A stretch of DNA of 64,000 bases, from positions 326,538 through 390,537 of the forward strand of contig JABLXJ010000001.1 of assembly GCA_013178125.1 (NCBI GenBank). The letters run 5' to 3'. The notes beneath the pieces were generated by a model that made no database searches, had not been told where the DNA came from, and was given only the letters and a program-made list of their open reading frames with translations. The stretch comes from Bacillota bacterium. Its GTDB lineage: Bacteria; Bacillota; SHA-98; Ch115; JABLXJ01. The translations under genes and the position numbers were made by a program. Shown piece by piece: positions 19,005-27,651 of the stretch (positions are counted from its first letter, which is position 1; every line of letters starts with the position of its first letter).

Positions 19005-19943
19005 ATGGTCAAAGAAGCTATGGCAGCCAAGCGTGAATCTTTACTACTCATAATCCTGGTGGCCTTGATTCTTTTATTTGGAGGGCTCTCGCCTAACTTC
19101 CTTGTTCCGTACAGCTTCACTGTAATGAGCCAGTATCTAGCGGAAATAGGGTTACTATCCTTGGCTATAACTATAGGGCTCATTAGTGGGCTTCTTGATC
19201 TGTCAATAGGTTCGATCTTCGGGCTTTCTGCTGTTTCTATTGGCTTACTGGCTAAGACCGGATTAAATATCTGGGTGTCAGCATTTCTTGGAGTTATAAT
19301 TGGCATGGTAGCTGGCGGATTGAATGGAATCCTGGCAGCCTTTACGCCCATTCCCCCATTGATTATTACTCTGTCTACTCAATTCATCTTTGCAGGGATT
19401 AGTCTAGCACTAACTCGCGGCAACCCAGTCACTGGTCTCCCTGAAAATTATTCGTTCATAGGCCAGACTCAGATTGGTCCGGTACCACTGCAACTACTAG
19501 TTTTTCTAATCGTTACGATTGCCTCTTCAATTCTTATGCAGTACATGGGGCTAGGACGCAAGATGCGCCTCATGGGGAAAAGTAACCGTGTTGCATGGTT
19601 TTCTGGTGTCAACGTCCCTATGGTAAAGATCATGGTCTATGTGTTATCCGGCTTTCTTAGCGCTTTAGCCAGTATTATTCTTACTTCAAGAGTAATGACA
19701 GCTAGGCCGGATGCTGGCCAGACTCTAGGGTGGACAATCCTGACAGTAGCTTTTTTAGGCGGCGCTTCCCTGGAAGGGGGTACTGGTACGATCCTAGGGG
19801 CATTATTCGGTGCCATGATTATTGTGATATTATCTACAGGGATCGAGGTTGTCGGTTTAGATATCGGCCAGCGGTTGTTGACTCAGGGTTTGGTTTTGCT
19901 GGTTGTAGCAGGAACAGGTAGACTTCTTAAAATCAAGGATTAG
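19005..19943 (+). CDS. ABC transporter permease (second)
   Basis: Polytopic membrane protein; ATG 19005 has an RBS (track start 18984 does not). Confidence 0.8.
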   Translation: MVKEAMAAKRESLLLIILVALILLFGGLSPNFLVPYSFTVMSQYLAEIGLLSLAITIGLISGLLDLSIGSIFGLSAVSIGLLAKTGLNIWVSAFLGVIIGMVAGGLNGILAAFTPIPPLIITLSTQFIFAGISLALTRGNPVTGLPENYSFIGQTQIGPVPLQLLVFLIVTIASSILMQYMGLGRKMRLMGKSNRVAWFSGVNVPMVKIMVYVLSGFLSALASIILTSRVMTARPDAGQTLGWTILTVAFLGGASLEGGTGTILGALFGAMIIVILSTGIEVVGLDIGQRLLTQGLVLLVVAGTGRLLKIKD

Positions 19944-19961
19944 AGTAAGGGGGAAATGAAT

Positions 19962-20702
19962 ATGAGTAGTGATTTCATCCATACGCTATCCAATATATTA
20001 AGTAATCTGGAGTTTGTTGATTTAAGTCACCGATTAGAGGAGGATATTCCAACTTTCCCAACACATTCCCATTTTTATCATTTGAAATGGGAGAATCCTG
20101 ATGATCCCGCTACGATGTTTCAATTCATGATGCATGAACATAATGGTACCCATGTCGATGCTCCAGCCCATTATCTAAGGGAAGGTGTAGGGAATAGGGA
20201 GGATGCATGGATTGATGCTATTCCGCTCCAAACTCTCATTGGCCCTTGTAAGGTTCTTCAATTAGCAGGATTCGATAACCGTAATCTCTTATCCAAGTGC
20301 CATATTGAGGACTGGGAAGCTAATCACGTTCGAATCCAGAAAGATGATATTGTACTCTTGAATTTCGGCTGGCATAAACGTTGGACTACCTCTAAGGAAA
20401 GATATCAGTTCGCTAAAGATTGGCCGGGGCTCACGAGGGACGCGGCCCTTTACCTAGCCGAAAAAGAGGTTAAGGCTGTGGGGACCGATTGCATTGGACT
20501 CGATTGTTGTGGTAGTACCGAAATACCAGCTCATGATGTGTTACTTGCTCGCAACATATTAATCATGGAGAATTTAGCAAATCTTGATTTATTACCGGAT
20601 GAAAGCTTCTTCATCGCTTTTCCGCTAAAAATTAAACAAGGTTCTGGGTCTCCTATACGGGCGGTTTCCCTTATACCCAAGACAGGGGGATCGATGACGT
20701 AG
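19962..20702 (+). CDS. cyclase-family protein (kynurenine formamidase-like metal hydrolase)
   Basis: Motif HEHNGTHVDAPAHY; RBS taagggggaa. Confidence 0.8.
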   Translation: MSSDFIHTLSNILSNLEFVDLSHRLEEDIPTFPTHSHFYHLKWENPDDPATMFQFMMHEHNGTHVDAPAHYLREGVGNREDAWIDAIPLQTLIGPCKVLQLAGFDNRNLLSKCHIEDWEANHVRIQKDDIVLLNFGWHKRWTTSKERYQFAKDWPGLTRDAALYLAEKEVKAVGTDCIGLDCCGSTEIPAHDVLLARNILIMENLANLDLLPDESFFIAFPLKIKQGSGSPIRAVSLIPKTGGSMT

Positions 20703-20750
20703 CTTCTCACCGAAAATGTAAGGATAATTAAATATAGGGAGTGGGATCAG

Positions 20751-21935
20751 GTGGTTTGTAGAAATAGTATTAGTAACGAATTCCGGCAAAGATGGGTTAA
20801 ACTGAAGGAAAAAATGATTACGAGGGGGCTAGATCTTCTCTTTATTTATTCCAATGACCGTGCTGTATTTGGTCCTGGAAATATACGGTACCTGTCAAAT
20901 TTCCCTGTACACTTTGAACACGCAGCGATCATTATGCCAAGATTCGGGGAACCCATCTTGGCAGTCGGACCGGAAACAAGGGAATATGCTGAGTTAAGTT
21001 CCGAAGTTAAAGATATACGGGTAATTAAAGAGTTCGCCATTCCCGATGAAGAATATCCTTATACCAGTATGACCTCTTTATCAGCGATCTTGGAAGAAAT
21101 CAGGTCAAACTCGGGCAACGAGGTAAGGTCAATAGGCCTCATTGGCTTAGATTTATTGCCCTGGTCCCTCTATCAGGTTCTTGAAAATACTCTTCTATCG
21201 AACCGACGGGTGGAAAACGCCGAGGACATTTTGATAGATATGAGATCGATTAAAAGTCAATATGAAATTGAAATAATTGAAGAAGGGTATGCGATTGCCG
21301 ATAAAGCAATGGAGGCCTGTGTCGAAGCCGTTCATGTCGGGACAACAGAGTTGGCTATTGCTGCGGCTGGGGAAGCAGTGATGAGAAAGCTAGGTGCCGA
21401 GGGGTATGCGATAGATACAATCGTTGCTAGTGGTAAACAAAGAACCTATCCGATTGTAGTCCGTCCTTCTGATCGTAAAATTGAGAAAGGCGATGTGGTT
21501 TTAATCACTATGGGTCCTCGATATAAGGGGTACAATCCTGCGATCGGTCGACCTGTGATCGTGGGGGATGCACCGGAAGTAATTATCGAGGCAATGCAAT
21601 TAGCATTAAAAGCTCAGCATGCCGCGGAGGCAGCCTTACGCCCCGGCGCCATCGGGTGTGACGTGGAGGGAATGGCCCGTAAAGTCTTAGCGGAGGCTGG
21701 GCTTGAGCAATACTTTGTTTATGCCGGGGTGCATAGTGTTGGGCTAGCCGAATTTGAGCCTCCGATCCTTTCCCCCAAAAGTAACCTGCAGGTGAAGGAG
21801 AATATGGTCTTGTCCATCGATATCCCACTTTTCCTTACCCCATGGGGTGGATTCCGTTACGAGGATGGATTCGTCGTTACCAGCGATGGTTGTCGACGAT
21901 TGAATCATTTCCCGCGAGAGATCATTAAAGTTTAA
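20751..21935 (+). CDS. M24-family metallopeptidase (Xaa-Pro peptidase / creatinase-like)
   Basis: Creatinase-like N-domain plus M24 pita-bread region (GVHSVGLAEFEPP, FRYEDGFVVT). Confidence 0.8.
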   Translation: MVCRNSISNEFRQRWVKLKEKMITRGLDLLFIYSNDRAVFGPGNIRYLSNFPVHFEHAAIIMPRFGEPILAVGPETREYAELSSEVKDIRVIKEFAIPDEEYPYTSMTSLSAILEEIRSNSGNEVRSIGLIGLDLLPWSLYQVLENTLLSNRRVENAEDILIDMRSIKSQYEIEIIEEGYAIADKAMEACVEAVHVGTTELAIAAAGEAVMRKLGAEGYAIDTIVASGKQRTYPIVVRPSDRKIEKGDVVLITMGPRYKGYNPAIGRPVIVGDAPEVIIEAMQLALKAQHAAEAALRPGAIGCDVEGMARKVLAEAGLEQYFVYAGVHSVGLAEFEPPILSPKSNLQVKENMVLSIDIPLFLTPWGGFRYEDGFVVTSDGCRRLNHFPREIIKV

Positions 21936-22276
21936 TCCATACAGTGAGGGACCCTTATGGTGGGCACTCCCGGCTACATGAGATGGTCTTGGCACCACAC
22001 TATACAGTCCGAACAGGGGAAGATACAGCCATTCCTACGGCTTGGAGTGCCTTCCCGCAAACCCCCGGCAGGGGAAGACGTAGACGATAACGTTGACCCT
22101 CTTGTTCTACCTACATTTCGCACCCCTCAGGGGTATGTGGGGACATTTTCTGAGGTCATATGTGAAGATGGGACGGTAGCGCCCGTGTAATAGCGTAAAA
22201 AGTAGAAGGGGCCCGGGAAAGAGGAAGGCCCCCCTTGATAGATGAGGTTTTATTAAACCTCCCGTTCGCCCCTTGT

Positions 22277-22307
22277 GCCCGGTCGGAAGGCCGGGCTTTT
22301 ATGTTTT
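22277..22307 (+). terminator. intrinsic terminator
   Basis: Stem gcccgg/ccgggc with 8-nt loop followed by ttttatgtttt. Confidence 0.5.
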
Positions 22308-22336
22308 ATCTAAATTCCAAAAGAATCTCCTCATAG

Positions 22337-22368
22337 CTATTGACATATTCAATAATTATTGATATAGT
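22337..22368 (+). promoter_or_regulatory. sigma-70-like promoter (TTGACA, 17 bp, TATAGT) with embedded palindrome TCAATAATTATTGA; copy 1
   Basis: Read directly; 30 bp nearly identical to 23511-23540. Confidence 0.5.
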
Positions 22369-22404
22369 ATAAGTGATGAAAGGAAATTGCAGGAGGGAAA
22401 CGAA

Positions 22405-23196
22405 ATGACAAACAGGGCATTCGGAATTGAAATAGAGGCTTATGGAGTGAGCCAGTTCGAGCTAGAGGACAGACTCCGGCAGGCTGGGATACAGGTAAGG
22501 GTTGAAGGGTACAACCATAGCACCAGGGAACACTGGAAAATAGTTAGCGACGGCTCAATCCAAGGCCCGGACTCGTTCGAACTAGTCAGCCCTCCACTGA
22601 GCGGAGAAGAAGGACTCAATCAGATTAGGACAGTATGCCGGGTGCTGGATGAGGTAGGCGCGAAGGTTAACAAGTCGTGTGGCTTCCATGTCCACCACTC
22701 GGCGGCAGACCTGACACCAAAGGCCCTGCAGGCATTGATCGGACTATACACTAGGTTCCAGGGCGCGCTAGACGAGATAGTAGCAAAGAGCCGCCGCGGT
22801 AATAACAATACATACTGCCGGGCCCTTAGCAATGAACTATACTACAGGGCCCTCAGGCGGGATGACTTACAGGGTATTGTATGTTGCCAGGATAGTAGGT
22901 ATTATAAACTTAACCTGCAAGCATATCTGAGGCATGGCACGATAGAGATTCGGCACCACCAGGGCACCGTGAATGCTGACAAAATAATAAACTGGATCAG
23001 GTTGACCCAGGCGATAGTTGAGGCGGCGGTGAGGTTAAACCACAGCAAGCTGAGCTTGGACAACCACACGGGCCGTCTGGATCACGACAGGTGGCACTTC
23101 TGGAACACAGTGAAAAAGGTCTTGGATGCAGGTGAATTCGAGGAGCTAAGGGCATACTACGGGCAGCGGCGCAAGGAGCTCGCCGCTGCCGCCTAG
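22405..23196 (+). CDS. glutamine-synthetase-like amidoligase (Amidoligase_2-type), putative
   Basis: N-terminal FGIEIE and C-terminal GTIEIRHHQGT motifs recalled as typical of GS-like amidoligases; RBS aggaggg 7 nt before ATG. Confidence 0.5.
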   Translation: MTNRAFGIEIEAYGVSQFELEDRLRQAGIQVRVEGYNHSTREHWKIVSDGSIQGPDSFELVSPPLSGEEGLNQIRTVCRVLDEVGAKVNKSCGFHVHHSAADLTPKALQALIGLYTRFQGALDEIVAKSRRGNNNTYCRALSNELYYRALRRDDLQGIVCCQDSRYYKLNLQAYLRHGTIEIRHHQGTVNADKIINWIRLTQAIVEAAVRLNHSKLSLDNHTGRLDHDRWHFWNTVKKVLDAGEFEELRAYYGQRRKELAAAA

Positions 23197-23206
23197 AAAG
23201 GCGGTA

Positions 23207-23446
23207 ATGACTATGAAGGTGGTTACATACGAGGGACAGGTCATAGAAGGGACTCCGGAGAAAATAGTCCAAAAGCTAGCGGATACCAGTTTTACTGATT
23301 CTGGGATGCCCGGCCCTGAATATATGCGGACGGTAGCCCGCAGGATAGCGGCCTTGCATGGCGAGGAGCAAGCAGAGGAGATAGAAGACCCGGAAGGATT
23401 CCTCCGGGTTATGGAGCGGTATGGAGTGCTGCGGATAGAAGAGTAG
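23207..23446 (+). CDS. hypothetical small acidic protein (79 aa), co-transcribed with the amidoligase
   Basis: Starts 10 bp after the amidoligase stop. Confidence 0.4.
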   Translation: MTMKVVTYEGQVIEGTPEKIVQKLADTSFTDSGMPGPEYMRTVARRIAALHGEEQAEEIEDPEGFLRVMERYGVLRIEE

Positions 23447-23510
23447 ATACCATAGGGCACTTATCGTCGATAGAATTCTGCTCAAAAAATCTAAATAAAT
23501 TCATTCTGTC

Positions 23511-23542
23511 TTATTGACATATTCAATAATAATTGATATATT
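23511..23542 (+). promoter_or_regulatory. sigma-70-like promoter (TTGACA, 17 bp, TATATT) with near-palindrome; copy 2
   Basis: ttattgacatattcaataataattgatata, 2 mismatches from copy 1. Confidence 0.5.
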
Positions 23543-23580
23543 AAAAAGGGAAAGGAGATACACCAAAGGAGGCAGTCCTA

Positions 23581-23838
23581 ATGGATAGTAAACAGAAACT
23601 TGGAATACTACAGGCCGAGATGGAGGAAGTTAAGCGGGTGATCAAGAGGGTTGAGGATGCGGCATATAGTACCGGCAACCTTGATGAGGTAGTGGGAGCG
23701 ACCGGAGACTATGGAGTAATCCTGGATGCACTGAGGGAGAAAGAAAATTCCATACGATGGTCGATAGAAGTGGTGCATAGAGAGATTAGGGAAGCCACCG
23801 AGGGTGAAGAAGATTTACTGAGCCAGTTAGTCAGATAA
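23581..23838 (+). CDS. hypothetical small coiled-coil protein (85 aa)
   Basis: RBS aaaggaggcag; follows promoter copy 2. Confidence 0.4.
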   Translation: MDSKQKLGILQAEMEEVKRVIKRVEDAAYSTGNLDEVVGATGDYGVILDALREKENSIRWSIEVVHREIREATEGEEDLLSQLVR

Positions 23839-23891
23839 AATACAGAGCCCGTCGGGAGCCTGAATCCTGGCAGGCAATAAGAGGTGGTACA

Positions 23892-24185
23892 ATGTTAATA
23901 ACATTTGGAGAGGCCGCCCGTAGGTGGAAGATAGATATTTCGACTTTGCATAGGGCGCACCAGAGAGGAGAGCTGCCTGCCCGGCAGTCTGCTGGGTCCT
24001 GGCTTTGCGAGGAGGAGGATGTCCGGGCCGTTTTTGGTGAGGAGAATCCTCCGGAGGGTTGGGTAACGATCCCTGAAGCAGTCAGACTCCTGGGCATTAC
24101 CAAGGCAGCGGTGTACTCAAAGGTGAAACGTGGAATACTGCCTTCGGTGAAAGCCCAGGGCATTTTATGGGTTCCGCGGCCATAA
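23892..24185 (+). CDS. excisionase/MerR-like HTH DNA-binding protein with two HTH_17-like halves
   Basis: Two repeats of the type ITFGEAARRWKIDISTLHR and VTIPEAVRLLGITKAAVYSKVKRG. Confidence 0.5.
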   Translation: MLITFGEAARRWKIDISTLHRAHQRGELPARQSAGSWLCEEEDVRAVFGEENPPEGWVTIPEAVRLLGITKAAVYSKVKRGILPSVKAQGILWVPRP

Positions 24186-24286
24186 AGAAGGACTTTTACG
24201 TTTCTTATCATGCCTATGAGGGATTGAAATGATATTGTGTTTGTTACAGGATTTACTATCATACTTATAAGGATTCCCTTTTTTGG

Positions 24287-24310
24287 ATCCGGTTTTAGAC
24301 CGGATTTTTC
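24287..24310 (+). terminator. intrinsic terminator
   Basis: atccggt tttag accggat followed by tttt. Confidence 0.45.
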
Positions 24311-24416
24311 GATGTATCCTATGGAAACCTTTGTATCACTTGTTGACATCGTGATCAAAACCTGATACGGTTGGAATTGAATGAAAATCCTCCTGCATGT
24401 GGGAAGGGATATTGAA

Positions 24417-25364
24417 ATGACAGCTATGCAGAAGTGGACGAAGGAGTCTGTTGTGGAGGCTATCCATGCACGGTCTAAGAAAGGGCTGGCACTAAATTAT
24501 CAAGCTGTTGTAAAGGACGATGAACCGCTTACAGGTGCCGCCAGGCGATATTTCGGCTCCTGGAATACAGCGTTACAAGCGGCTGGATTTGACCCGGCAG
24601 CGATAAAAAGGGAGGCAAGGAGTGGACTTCGCAGATCGCGCGGCTCCTGGACTAAGGAGGATGTAATCGAGGGTATTCGTAGAGCGGCGGCGGAGGGTCA
24701 AGACCTCTCGGCGCATAGGATGCAACAGTGGGACCCTTCTTTAGTGGCTACGGGCCAGCGGCTATTTGGTTCCTGGGCCGATGCACTCAAGGCCGCAGGA
24801 TACGCGCCTGACCTAATTTACAGGGCTCGTGTGTGGACGGATGATGAAATCCTCAAGCGTGTCAAGTATTTAGCCAAGTATGGCGCTGACCTGACTGACC
24901 GGACTGCATCCGGATACGACAAAGGTCTCTATGCCGCGGCCATAAAACATTTCGGGTCATGGGCTTCTGCCTTGGAACGGGCGGGAGTTCCACCTGAGCG
25001 GCGCACGGCGAAGTGGTCGAAGAATAAGGTTTTGGAGGCTATCCGTAATGGTAGGCGTGATGGCACGATTAAAGCTATAGCTCTGGATTATTTCCCTTCA
25101 TGGGCAACGGCCCTACGGAAGGCAGGTATCCCGGAAGATAAGGCACAAGAAGTCGGCAACCGTATCCGTGAACGACGGGAGGCTCTGGGTATGAGCCAGG
25201 GTGAGTTAGGCCGGTTCTTAGGGTATAGTCATAGGACCATTTCGATGCTGGAACTTGGGCAGCTCCGTGATCCGCGGGTAAGTGTGGCATTGAAGCTGGC
25301 GAAGGCACTGAAGTGTAGTGTTGAGGACATCTTCTATACTGAGGAAAAGGAAATATTATTCTAA
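24417..25364 (+). CDS. DNA-binding protein with four homing-endonuclease-associated repeats (HEAR) and C-terminal XRE HTH
   Basis: Four repeats ending FGSW..AL..AG; C-terminal HTH LGMSQGELGRFLGYSHRTISMLELG; RBS gggaaggga before ATG 24417. Confidence 0.6.
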   Translation: MTAMQKWTKESVVEAIHARSKKGLALNYQAVVKDDEPLTGAARRYFGSWNTALQAAGFDPAAIKREARSGLRRSRGSWTKEDVIEGIRRAAAEGQDLSAHRMQQWDPSLVATGQRLFGSWADALKAAGYAPDLIYRARVWTDDEILKRVKYLAKYGADLTDRTASGYDKGLYAAAIKHFGSWASALERAGVPPERRTAKWSKNKVLEAIRNGRRDGTIKAIALDYFPSWATALRKAGIPEDKAQEVGNRIRERREALGMSQGELGRFLGYSHRTISMLELGQLRDPRVSVALKLAKALKCSVEDIFYTEEKEILF

Positions 25365-25390
25365 AGTAGCCCGGTCGAAGGATCGGGTCA

Positions 25391-25816
25391 TTACTTATCC
25401 CTGAGAACCATCAGGTATGGCTCCAGGGCGGCAAGATGTACCGTGCTTGGTGTGCGTTTTCCTTTCTCCCAGGTGGCTATGGTGTGTACATCCACTCCAA
25501 TGGCCCTTGCGAATTCGACCTTCGCCAGCCCGTGGAAAAGGCGGGCTTTCCTTATGCGCTGCCCGAGCGTTTCCTCGGGCAGGGTCTCGAAACCGCCTAA
25601 ATAAGGTATTGGGACGTCAAGAGTCTGGGACAGAATCCGAAGAGTAGGCATGGAGGCCGGTTCTTTCCCGGCTTCGATCCTGCCTATTGTTGCACAGTTC
25701 AAACCGGTGATGGAAGCTAAGTCGCGGATGGTCATGCCCTTCGCTATCCTCGCCCGCCTGAGCCGCAGCCCTGGTGTGTTGCCTGGCCATTCCTGCCTTA
25801 ATACCCACGGTGGCAT
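25391..25816 (-). CDS. XRE-family transcriptional regulator with two HTH domains
   Basis: Two XRE HTH segments (GMTIRDLASITGLNCATIGRIE and LAKVEFARAIGVDVHTIATWE); start uncertain (ATG 25816 or GTG 25837). Confidence 0.6.
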   Translation of the reverse strand: MPPWVLRQEWPGNTPGLRLRRARIAKGMTIRDLASITGLNCATIGRIEAGKEPASMPTLRILSQTLDVPIPYLGGFETLPEETLGQRIRKARLFHGLAKVEFARAIGVDVHTIATWEKGKRTPSTVHLAALEPYLMVLRDK

Positions 25817-25856
25817 ATCTTTCTGTCTGGTTATCACAATTTCAAGGTTGTTGTCT

Positions 25857-26957
25857 TCACGGGCACGGGTTGGACGTTGCTATAAGAGTAAAACGAGCAG
25901 GATACCAGACGGATCCTGAGGCTCTCGATATGGTTATTACGCCATCTTCCAGGGGCTGGCGCAGGGACTCCAGGACATTCCTGCGAAACTCGGGGAGCTC
26001 GTCCAGGAAGAGCACGCCCCGGTGGGCGAGGCTTATCTCCCCCGGTCGCGGGATTTTGCCCCCGCCGATCATCCCTATGTCGGATGCGGTATGATGGGGG
26101 GCCCTGAACGGCCTCGCTGCGATCAGCCCGCTATCGGGCGAGATGAGGCCGGCTATGCTGTAGATCTTGGTGACCTGGATCGCCTCATCCCTCTCCAGCG
26201 GGGGGAGAATGGTTGGTATGCGTTTGGCGAGCATGGTCTTGCCCGATCCCGGGGGGCCTATCATAAGGAGGTTGTGCCCGCCTGCCGCGGCCACCTCGAG
26301 GGCCCGCTTGGCGTGCTGGTGGCCTTTTACATCGCTGAAGTCGACATCGAATTCGATGCTAGGCGAGGCCCCGTTGCTGCCGGCCGGGATCGGGGTGGGA
26401 GCGGAGGATGATGCGTCCAGTTCGCCGGCCAGGAAGGACAGCACTTCATTGAGGCGCCTGAAGGGATAGACCTTTATGCCTTCAACTACCGAAGCTTCCC
26501 GCGCGTTACCGGCGGGCACGATGATGCCGGGCCAGCCCTCGCGTTTTGCTACCTCAGCTATGGGGAGGATGCCTGTTGTGCCGCGGAGCTCCCCATCGAG
26601 GGAGAGCTCGCCGACGATGAGGTATTTTGAGGTGGCCTCCTCGGGGATATCGCCGCACGCCGCCACGATCCCAATTGCTATTGGAAGGTCGAAGCAGGTG
26701 CCTTCTTTTCTGATTGTTGCGGGCGCGAGGTTGACTGTTATGCGCTTTACCGGGAATTCGCGCCCCGAGTTTTTGAGGGCCGCTCTGACGCGTTCTTTGG
26801 ATTCGCGGGTTATGGTGTCGGGCAGGCCGACGATTTCGAAACAGGGGAGCCCCTGGGCGATGTCGACCTCGATCCTGACTACGTAGCCTTCTATTCCGAG
26901 GACTGCACCGCTGAAGGTCTTCGCGAGCAATGTGTCCACTCTCCTTTCCTTTCCCAT
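25857..26957 (-). CDS. comM: Mg-chelatase-like AAA+ ATPase YifB/ComM, 3'-truncated (ends right after NPCP)
   Basis: Lon-like N-domain, Walker A GPPGSGKT, Walker [11 protein letters not shown]; about 366 aa instead of about 500; stop directly after the NPCP motif. Confidence 0.7.
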   Translation of the reverse strand: MGKERRVDTLLAKTFSGAVLGIEGYVVRIEVDIAQGLPCFEIVGLPDTITRESKERVRAALKNSGREFPVKRITVNLAPATIRKEGTCFDLPIAIGIVAACGDIPEEATSKYLIVGELSLDGELRGTTGILPIAEVAKREGWPGIIVPAGNAREASVVEGIKVYPFRRLNEVLSFLAGELDASSSAPTPIPAGSNGASPSIEFDVDFSDVKGHQHAKRALEVAAAGGHNLLMIGPPGSGKTMLAKRIPTILPPLERDEAIQVTKIYSIAGLISPDSGLIAARPFRAPHHTASDIGMIGGGKIPRPGEISLAHRGVLFLDELPEFRRNVLESLRQPLEDGVITISRASGSVWYPARFTLIATSNPCP

Positions 26958-26987
26958 CTTATCCTATACCTTGTTAACGTAGAGCCC

Positions 26988-27377
26988 TCACAGGGTGAAA
27001 GCATTGCGGATCAACTCGATGCGGGGAGGATACCCCGGCCCGGACCCATCAAAAATCACATAGACCACATCGAACCTGCAGCCTCGGGTCGCCGCGTCCG
27101 CCCTGTGCGCCGAAAGATACAACATAGCCGATCGTATAATCCTCCGGCGCTTCTCCCGCGTTATATGCTCACCTGGCTGGCCATAAGCGAAGCTCCTCCT
27201 GGTCTTCACCTCGACGAAGCACGTTACCGCCCCATCCCGGGCTATGATATCGATCTCCCCGCATGCACAACGATAATTGCGCTCGAGGATGACGTAACCA
27301 TAACTTGAAAGGTAATGCGCTGCAAGCTCCTCTCCCTGCGCACCAAGGTCTCTAGAAGATGCCGGCATAGTCTTCAA
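26988..27377 (-). CDS. yraN: YraN-family (UPF0102) endonuclease-like protein
   Basis: Motifs GEIDIIARDG, FVEVKTRR, CRFDVVYV. Confidence 0.75.
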   Translation of the reverse strand: MKTMPASSRDLGAQGEELAAHYLSSYGYVILERNYRCACGEIDIIARDGAVTCFVEVKTRRSFAYGQPGEHITREKRRRIIRSAMLYLSAHRADAATRGCRFDVVYVIFDGSGPGYPPRIELIRNAFTL

Positions 27378-27546
27378 TCCCTATTTCATAATTGGATTTC
27401 CATAATTAGACAGGTAAATATTCGATGCCTTTATGTAATATCCTCCCACCAAATGAATTAAATGTAATAAAGATGCATGGAAATTCATTGATTCGGAAGG
27501 AGACGCAGGCTGAATGTTGAAGTATAACACGGGCTGCAAAAAATAA

Positions 27547-27583
27547 GATGGATACGAAGAATACGATGGATACGATGGATATA
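27547..27583. repeat. three copies of GATGGATA(C/T) in the divergent yraN/dprA promoter region
   Basis: Read directly. Confidence 0.5.
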
Positions 27584-27651
27584 AGGGCAAATTGCCGACT
27601 GCCTGCAGGCTTCCGGGATCGTGGGCCTGTGTGCGCGGGGCTTGAGGTATT

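Larger units (their letters stand above)
22300..25856. mobile_element. putative integrated element remnant (regulators, excisionase-like protein, amidoligase) abutting truncated comM
   Basis: Excisionase-like and XRE genes, duplicated promoter, AT-rich intergenic DNA, and comM interrupted at the right edge; no integrase seen in the window. Confidence 0.4.

Noticed and set aside
21957-22190. 77-aa ORF after the M24 peptidase gene
   Set aside because: No RBS or motif support; retained only as an unassigned region in findings.
25838-25856. Possibility that comM is merely frameshifted
   Set aside because: Downstream DNA in all frames encodes an XRE HTH protein, not the ComM C-terminal domain; truncation is real, not a simple frameshift.
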